11,394 bases of DNA from a virus (taxonomy: Duplodnaviria > Heunggongvirae > Uroviricota > Caudoviricetes). Made by a program: the position numbers and the translations under genes. Shown one piece after another: positions 6,644 to 11,394 of this stretch; the stretch's first letter is position 1; each line of letters starts with the position of its first letter. The notes beneath the pieces are model-generated. The model did no database searches, was not told where the DNA came from, and saw only the letters and a list, made by a program, of their open reading frames with translations. The stretch lies in IMG/VR virus record IMGVR_UViG_2585427657_000001, one strand, 5' to 3'.

Positions 6644-7698
6644 TGGCAGTCAAAGCAATGGCACTTAACACACACCAGCTTTTCGCGTACCTGAATCGCG
6701 AGGATATTGCGGAATTTAAATTTAGTCCGCTGTTTACCGCGCTGTTTTTCCCGAACGTGGCGACATTCAACACGCAAAACATCATGCTGGATACCCTGGA
6801 CATTGAAGAAGTCACCATGTCGGCGTTTTGTTCGCCTATGGTGGGTAGCCAGGTTCAGCGCGATAAAGGGTACGAAACCAGCACGATTAAACCTGGCTAC
6901 ATGAAGCCAAAGCACGAAATCGATCCAACGAAAACCATCATGCGCATGGCTGGAGAAGATCCGGCACAGCTTAACGACCCTACCTATCGCCGTATGCGCC
7001 TGATTACTGGCAATATGCGCCGCCAGATAAACGCCATAAAAGCGCGCGTGGAATGGCTGGCGGTAAATGCGGTAACGACCGGAAAAAACATCATTGAGGG
7101 CGAAGGCATAGAGCGCTATGAAATCGACTGGAAGATACCGGAAAAAAACATCATAGAGCAGGCCGACGGGAAAAAATGGTCAGAGCAGGACAAAGAAACC
7201 CACGATCCAATCTATGATATCGAACTATACGCCGATCAGGCTGGTTGCCCCGCAAACGTCATGATTATGGGCGTTGAGGTATGGCGAACGTTACGCAGCT
7301 TTAAAAAATTCCGTGAGCTGTACGATCTTTCCCGTGGTTCAGAGTCCGCCGCAGAGCTGGCCTGTAAAAACCTGGGCGAAGTGGTGAGCTTTAAAGGCTA
7401 TCTGGGCGATATTGCCCTTATCGTCTATTCCGGCAAATACACTGACAGCGACGGCACAGAAAAATATTTCCTTGATCCTGATTTGCTGGTCCTGGGCAAC
7501 ACCAACAACAAAGGGCTGGTGGCCTATGGTGCGATTATGGATCAGGAAGCGGTAAGAACAGGCGCAACGCAAAACATGTACTACCCGAAAAACTGGATTG
7601 AGGACGGCGATCCGGCGATTGAGTACGTGCAGACGCACAGCGCACCGCAGCCGGTTCCGGCAGATATTCGCAAATTTGTTACCGTCAAAATTGCTTAA
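6643..7698 (+). CDS. Major capsid protein, phage lambda gpE family
   Basis: 351 aa; multiple blocks match lambda gpE as recalled: FKFSPLFTALFF (lambda FKFDPLFLRLFF), KPGYMKPKHEIDP (TPGYVKPKHEVNP), DPTYRRMRLITGNMR (DPAYRRRRIIMQNMR), WSEQDKETHDPIYDIELYA (WSKRDKSTYDPTDDIEAYA), LGDIALIVYSGKY (YGDVAIVVYSGQY), YYPKNWIEDGDPA (RYPKNWVTTGDPA), C-terminal FVTVKIA (FVSVQLA). Confidence 0.9.
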   Translation: MAVKAMALNTHQLFAYLNREDIAEFKFSPLFTALFFPNVATFNTQNIMLDTLDIEEVTMSAFCSPMVGSQVQRDKGYETSTIKPGYMKPKHEIDPTKTIMRMAGEDPAQLNDPTYRRMRLITGNMRRQINAIKARVEWLAVNAVTTGKNIIEGEGIERYEIDWKIPEKNIIEQADGKKWSEQDKETHDPIYDIELYADQAGCPANVMIMGVEVWRTLRSFKKFRELYDLSRGSESAAELACKNLGEVVSFKGYLGDIALIVYSGKYTDSDGTEKYFLDPDLLVLGNTNNKGLVAYGAIMDQEAVRTGATQNMYYPKNWIEDGDPAIEYVQTHSAPQPVPADIRKFVTVKIA

Positions 7699-7709
7699 CG
7701 GGGGATTCT

Positions 7710-8045
7710 ATGGACACTCCATACATTGAGTTATTTGCAGGCAGTCAGCAGGTATCCACGACGCTGGTACATTTTGCCGCTGATGCTGGCGTTATTCAGG
7801 AATTTACCCCGCTGATGCTGGCGGACAATGGCGAGTTTAAGCCGTGGGATGGTCAGGAATCTGGCAAGGCTGTTTATCTGACTTCGTACCTCGTGGACAC
7901 GTCAAAGCAGAAATCAGCACAGTGTTACAAGACGGGGATATTCAATATTGCCGCCGTTAACTGGCCTGAGAGCGTCGACACCGATGCGAAAAAATGCGCC
8001 GCCTTTGCGGGTTCTGGCGTATCCGTTCAGCCGCTGGCCCGATAA
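7710..8045 (+). CDS. Head decoration protein, phage lambda gpD family
   Basis: 111 aa; TPLMLADNGEFKPWDG (lambda TPLMLDTSSRKLVAWDG), CYKTGIF...NWPES (FYKSGTF...LWPEA), KKCAAFAGSGVSV (KKRTAFAGTAISI). Size matches gpD (110 aa). Confidence 0.8.
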   Translation: MDTPYIELFAGSQQVSTTLVHFAADAGVIQEFTPLMLADNGEFKPWDGQESGKAVYLTSYLVDTSKQKSAQCYKTGIFNIAAVNWPESVDTDAKKCAAFAGSGVSVQPLAR

Positions 8046-8057
8046 GCAGGGGGAACG

Positions 8058-8471
8058 ATGGCAACGAATGAAAGCATCATGGCGCTACCGCTGGCGAGTA
8101 AATTTAAAGCCGAAGCGCGGGCAATGGCTGACAGAGGTTTATCAACCTACGAGGCCGTATATCAACTCAACAAACTGGAAGAGCAGGACAAGCCGCGCGC
8201 TGATGCGATTATGGCGCTTCATGAGCATAAAGACTATCAGCCGCTGTTGCGTGCAATGGCAAACGTGCCTTGTATCGATGTTGATACGGCTAAAAACATC
8301 CTGAACATGACCATAGAGCAGGAACGCCCGAAGGTTGCACCAGAGCTTACCGCAGCCTTTGAAAACTTTATGGACATGCACAGCCCACAAACCGTATCAG
8401 CTGGCATGGCATACGATGGCAGAAACCCAGGCGATGACGGCGACATCGATCGCATACTGAAAACCATCTGA
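8058..8471 (+). CDS. Hypothetical protein (137 aa), last gene of the capsid operon, directly upstream of cos
   Basis: ORF with AGGGGGA upstream, followed by a terminator at 8478-8500. No motif recognised; position suggests a packaging or morphogenesis accessory role. Confidence 0.55.
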   Translation: MATNESIMALPLASKFKAEARAMADRGLSTYEAVYQLNKLEEQDKPRADAIMALHEHKDYQPLLRAMANVPCIDVDTAKNILNMTIEQERPKVAPELTAAFENFMDMHSPQTVSAGMAYDGRNPGDDGDIDRILKTI

Positions 8472-8477
8472 GACAAG

Positions 8478-8500
8478 GCCGGAGAAATCCGGCTTTTTTT
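8478..8500 (+). terminator. Rho-independent terminator after the capsid operon
   Basis: Stem GCCGGA / TCCGGC with GAAA loop and a 7-T run; variant of the hairpin at 6013-6035 and 6211-6233. Confidence 0.6.
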
Positions 8501-8501
8501 A

Positions 8502-8564
8502 GGGTCCTTCCCGGAATATGGACCCGTTACGGGGCGGCGACCTCGCGGTTTTTCGCTATTTATG
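8502..8564 (+). other. cos site 1: palindrome GGGTCC-N12-GGACCC, then lambda-type cosN (GGGCGGCGACCT at 8532-8543) and lambda-like proximal flank
   Basis: Sequence GTTACG GGGCGGCGACCT CGCGGTTTTTCGCTATTTATGA matches the lambda cohesive-end region as recalled (GTTACG GGGCGGCGACCT CGCGGGTTTTCGCTATTTATGAAAATTTTCCGG). No lambda-like R-site motifs are recognisable downstream. Confidence 0.7.
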
Positions 8565-8637
8565 AGCTTTTTCAGGGGGGTGGTGGTGGTTTTGTTGTTT
8601 GCTCTATCTTTATGAATGAAAAGGGAAAGATGCAAAC

Positions 8638-8675
8638 AATACACCAACCTGAAGCAGTAATTAAGTTGGTGTATT
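8638..8675. promoter_or_regulatory. Perfect 11-bp inverted repeat AATACACCAAC / GTTGGTGTATT (16-nt spacer) between cosN and the terS start; candidate cosB recognition element or operator
   Basis: Seen directly: 8638-8648 and 8665-8675 are exact reverse complements, ending 1 nt before ATG 8677. Confidence 0.4.
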
Positions 8676-8676
8676 A

Positions 8677-9219
8677 ATGAAATCGCACCTGATGAACAAA
8701 AAAAACATGGCGAAAAGCTGCCGTGTAAGTGCGACAGCGTTCGACAAGTGGGGAGTGACTCCCGTTGAACGTAAAGGCCGTGAGGCGTTTTACGATGTTG
8801 CCAGCGTGATAGACAATAGGGTTAACAATGCAATTAGCCAGCTTACAAACGACAAAGGCGATATTGATGATGATGAACTCTTACGAGTCAGGATCAGATT
8901 ACTGACAGCACAGGCGGAGGCGCAGGAACTTAAAAACGAGCGCGATCGCGGTGACGTGATTGATACTGAGTTTTGCCTGTACGCGCTTTCAAAGCTGGCG
9001 AGTCAGATTTCATCAATCATGGACAGCCTCCCGCTTACTATGCAAAGGAGCTTCCCACAGATTACCCCCGCCATGCTGGATAGGCTTAAAAGGGAAGTGG
9101 TTAAAGCCTGTAATGCCAGTGCCAGAGTTGCCGACAACCTCCCACAGATACTGGCTGATTACTTGAAAGAAACAACCGGAAACGTACCGGAAAAGTTGCT
9201 ACAGAAGAAAGGCGAGTAA
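8677..9219 (+). CDS. Small terminase subunit, lambda Nu1 family (start may be ATG 8692, giving MNKK...)
   Basis: LTAQAEAQELKNERDRGDVIDTEFCLYALSKLASQISSIMDSLPLTMQRSFPQI matches lambda Nu1 LTRAQADAQELKNARDSAEVVETAFCTFVLSRIAGEIASILDGLPLSVQRRFPEL; C-terminal LADYLKETTG matches LLSEYIEQSG; N-terminal MNKK matches Nu1 MEVNKK. Gene sits immediately downstream of a cosN, as in lambda. Confidence 0.85.
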   Translation: MKSHLMNKKNMAKSCRVSATAFDKWGVTPVERKGREAFYDVASVIDNRVNNAISQLTNDKGDIDDDELLRVRIRLLTAQAEAQELKNERDRGDVIDTEFCLYALSKLASQISSIMDSLPLTMQRSFPQITPAMLDRLKREVVKACNASARVADNLPQILADYLKETTGNVPEKLLQKKGE

Positions 9220-9239
9220 CAGACGCGCAATTATTGAAC

Positions 9240-9441
9240 AAAACTGAGAAACGACATGAAAGCGTCATAAATCGCCATTTTAGATGATTACCGTGTCGTT
9301 TCTTTTTATTGTGTATCTATTTAAAAACAAATAGTTATGTTCGAGAAGTACCGACATGCTTTTTCCAGAAAAATTTTCATAAACAGATAAAACCCGCGAG
9401 GTCGCCGCCCCGTAACGGGTCCATAATTCCAGGAAGGACCC
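9240..9441 (-). other. cos site 2 (inverted): lambda-type cosN (minus strand of 9399-9410) with lambda-like cosB (R3/I1/R2/R1-like segments) and upstream GGGTCC/GGACCC palindrome
   Basis: Minus strand reads GGGTCCTTCCTGGAATTATGGACCC GTTACG GGGCGGCGACCT CGCGGGTTTTATCTGTTTATGAAAATTTTTCTGG ...ACTTCTCGAACATAACTATTTGTTTTTAAATAGATACAC...AAAGAAACGACACGG...CATGTCGTTTCTCAG, which parallels the recalled lambda left end (TTCTTCGTCATAACTTAATGTTTTTATTTAAAATACC, AAAGGAAACGACAGG, CTGTCGTTTCCTTTCTC). Confidence 0.65.
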
Positions 9442-9475
9442 GACGACACCAGACAATCAGAACGATGGGTGCACA

Positions 9476-9757
9476 ATGACAGAAGCCGAAATACTGGGAT
9501 TAATCCGCCGTGCTGGTGGAATCAGCCAGCAGACTGACGAACAGGCCACGCAGCCGGACAGCGTGACAGCCGAAAATTATGCGCGTGTTGTTGCTGAGGT
9601 GATGCGCCGTGATGGTATCCAGCTTAATGATGTGGATATGCGCAACATACGGATCCGCGTTCTTGAAATGCTGGCCTACAATCGCCGCGTGGCACTGTAT
9701 CGGGAAACGGAGAAAATTACATACCACTGGAAGAAGCCGGAGCGGTTGCGGCGGTAA
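9476..9757 (+). CDS. Hypothetical protein (93 aa)
   Basis: ORF between cos 2 and the att repeats with protein-like composition. Weak ribosome-binding site; no homology recognised. Confidence 0.4.
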   Translation: MTEAEILGLIRRAGGISQQTDEQATQPDSVTAENYARVVAEVMRRDGIQLNDVDMRNIRIRVLEMLAYNRRVALYRETEKITYHWKKPERLRR

Positions 9758-9758
9758 C

Positions 9759-9927
9759 TGGTTGATATTTTCGAAATTCGCCAGCGGCGAACATCGGGGA
9801 AACCAGCCTAACCCGTTGATATTTTCGGGAACCTCAAATTGAGGAGGTCGGAAACATAACCCGTCATATTCTGGATGCTGATAATTACCACGCAGCCCAT
9901 TAAGGCCTAACCCGTTGATTCTTTCGG
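9759..9927 (+). repeat. Direct repeats of a roughly 20-bp motif (CCTAACCCGTTGAT(A/T)(T/C)TTTCGG) at the island/chromosome junction; candidate attR and integrase-binding repeats
   Basis: Copies at 9760-9773 (partial), 9807-9828, 9856-9874 (degenerate) and 9906-9927; the 3' part of the motif (TCTTTCGG) recurs inside the phoQ 3' end at 9941-9948. Confidence 0.5.
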
Positions 9928-9933
9928 ACATAT

Positions 9934-11394
9934 TTATTCATCTTTCGGTGCAGAATGCTGGCGACCAAAAATCACTTCCATCCGCGCACCGCCCAGCATG
10001 CTCTCTCCGGCGACGATTTTACCCTCATATTGCTCGGTGATTTCGCGGGCTACCGCCAGCCCCACACCTTGCCCAGGGCGTAAAGTATCAACCCGTTGAC
10101 CACGGTCGAAAATGACCTCTCGCTTGCTTAATGGAATACCGGGGCCATCATCCTCGACCACAATATAGAGATGCTCGTCGGTTTGCCTTGCAGAAATTTC
10201 GACAAATTCGAGGCAATATTTACAGGCATTATCCAGCACATTACCCATCACCTCGACAAAATCGTTCTGCTCACCAACAAAGCTGATCTCTGGCGAAATA
10301 TCGAGAGAGATATTGACCCCTTTGCGTTGATACACTTTGTTCAGCGCCGAGGTGAGATTGTCCAACAGTGGGGCGACCGGATGCAGCTCGCGGCTAAGCA
10401 ATGTCCCGCCGCGCATACTGGCACGATGCAGGTAGTAGCCAATTTGCTGTGAAATGCGGCTGATTTGCTCCAGCATTACCGGCTCAGCATCACTGACGCT
10501 CATCTTCTCACTACGCAGAGAACGCAGCGTACTTTGCAGCACCGCCAGTGGCGTTTTCAGACTATGGGTCAGGTCGGTGAGCGTCGTACGATATTTGTCG
10601 TAACGTTCGCGTTCACTTTTTAACAGTCGGTTCAGGTTTCGTACCAGACTGGTCAGTTCTCGCGTTGTGGCTGGATTGAGCAATTCACGGTTATGTTCTT
10701 CCAGTTCGCGGACTTCTTTTGCCAGGGCTTCGATGGGGCGTAAACTCCACCAGGCGGCGACCCACAGCAGCGGGATCACTAACAGCAGATTGGCTGAGAG
10801 CACATAGATAAACCAGCTCCAGACCATATAGGAACTTTTTAGCTCCACCGGAATGGTATCCACCACCACAATGGTTAACTTTGGCATCCGCGATGTTGCC
10901 GGGTAGACGTTTACCGCCACCGAGTGGGTCATCTCCGCGTCGTCATCATCTTCCCGCACTTCCTGCAACTGTTGCTGTATCGAATGATCTCCACTCAGCA
11001 AGAGGCTGGTATCGTTAACATCCGCTTCAATTTCATGAAAACCATTCGATTTCAGCCAGTCAGGCTGGATCATCTTCATCAGCCAGGGCACGTCACGTTG
11101 CGCCCATAAAAGCTGCCCGTTCTCATCATAAATTAGTGTCATCGTGGGGCTTTGCTTGTCGATATTTTCGGGTAACTCGACATGCAACTTATTGTTTTCC
11201 CACTTCGCAAGGGTATAGAACAGATTGCTCTCGCCACGTAACAGCCGAAACGTGGTTTTATCGAAACTGACGCTATAACCGATCAGCGCAACCATTCCGT
11301 AGGCAAGCGAAAGCACCAATACTACTGCTGCCGTTGCTAACAGAAAACGTACCCGCAGCGAGAGCGGGAAAAAAAGATGCAGTAATTTTTTCAT
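9934..11394 (-). CDS. phoQ: Sensor histidine kinase PhoQ (PhoP/PhoQ two-component system), complete
   Basis: 486-aa product recognised as E. coli-type PhoQ ([68 protein letters not shown]...; periplasmic acidic patch EDDDDAEM; H-box [14 protein letters not shown]; G-box DDGPGI). Start codon is the last three bases of the window; phoP would lie beyond the right edge. Confidence 0.97.
   Translation of the reverse strand: MKKLLHLFFPLSLRVRFLLATAAVVLVLSLAYGMVALIGYSVSFDKTTFRLLRGESNLFYTLAKWENNKLHVELPENIDKQSPTMTLIYDENGQLLWAQRDVPWLMKMIQPDWLKSNGFHEIEADVNDTSLLLSGDHSIQQQLQEVREDDDDAEMTHSVAVNVYPATSRMPKLTIVVVDTIPVELKSSYMVWSWFIYVLSANLLLVIPLLWVAAWWSLRPIEALAKEVRELEEHNRELLNPATTRELTSLVRNLNRLLKSERERYDKYRTTLTDLTHSLKTPLAVLQSTLRSLRSEKMSVSDAEPVMLEQISRISQQIGYYLHRASMRGGTLLSRELHPVAPLLDNLTSALNKVYQRKGVNISLDISPEISFVGEQNDFVEVMGNVLDNACKYCLEFVEISARQTDEHLYIVVEDDGPGIPLSKREVIFDRGQRVDTLRPGQGVGLAVAREITEQYEGKIVAGESMLGGARMEVIFGRQHSAPKDE

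Noticed and set aside
8237-8647. 136-aa minus-strand ORF across the 137-aa gene and cos 1
   Set aside because: Overlaps a better-supported plus-strand gene and the terminator/cos region; no start context.
9759-9927. Possible CRISPR array (regularly spaced repeats)
   Set aside because: Repeats are about 20 bp, imperfect, only 3-4 copies and adjacent to an integrase-bearing island border; no cas genes. Better explained as att/arm-type repeats.
9500-9931. 143-aa minus-strand ORF immediately downstream of phoQ
   Set aside because: Its repetitive translation (ENINGLG, ERINGLG) derives from the att-region DNA direct repeats; no ribosome-binding site; the overlapping plus-strand 93-aa ORF is more protein-like, though also uncertain.

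Overview
The window is almost entirely one integrated phage satellite (PICI-like island) of about 10 kb, inserted immediately downstream of the chromosomal sensor kinase gene phoQ (complete, minus strand, 9934-11394, E. coli type). From left to right the island carries: the 3' end of a P4-family tyrosine integrase (1-228); an AlpA-family regulator (724-930); a divergently transcribed small ribbon-helix-helix-like regulator (1346-1651, minus) facing an intergenic region with paired inverted repeats; a tightly coupled operon of six small unknown ORFs ending in a primase/helicase with a Walker A motif (1848-4991); an iteron array that is the likely replication origin (5005-5232); a small ORF plus an SSB-like gene split by a frameshift (5280-5997); a capsid module with clear homologs of phage lambda major capsid protein gpE and decoration protein gpD (6437-8471); and a packaging module with a Nu1-like small terminase gene (8677-9219). 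The most unusual feature is the cos architecture: a lambda-type cosN (GGGCGGCGACCT) sits upstream of the Nu1-like gene with a non-lambda cosB region, a second lambda-type cos with lambda-like R-site sequences sits inverted just downstream of the gene, and a third degenerate copy lies upstream of the capsid module. Direct repeats resembling the phoQ 3' end (9759-9927) mark the probable att junction. All homology calls are from reading the translations and from recalled lambda sequences; no database search was run. I cannot tell from sequence alone whether this exact dual-cos, capsid-encoding arrangement has already been described.
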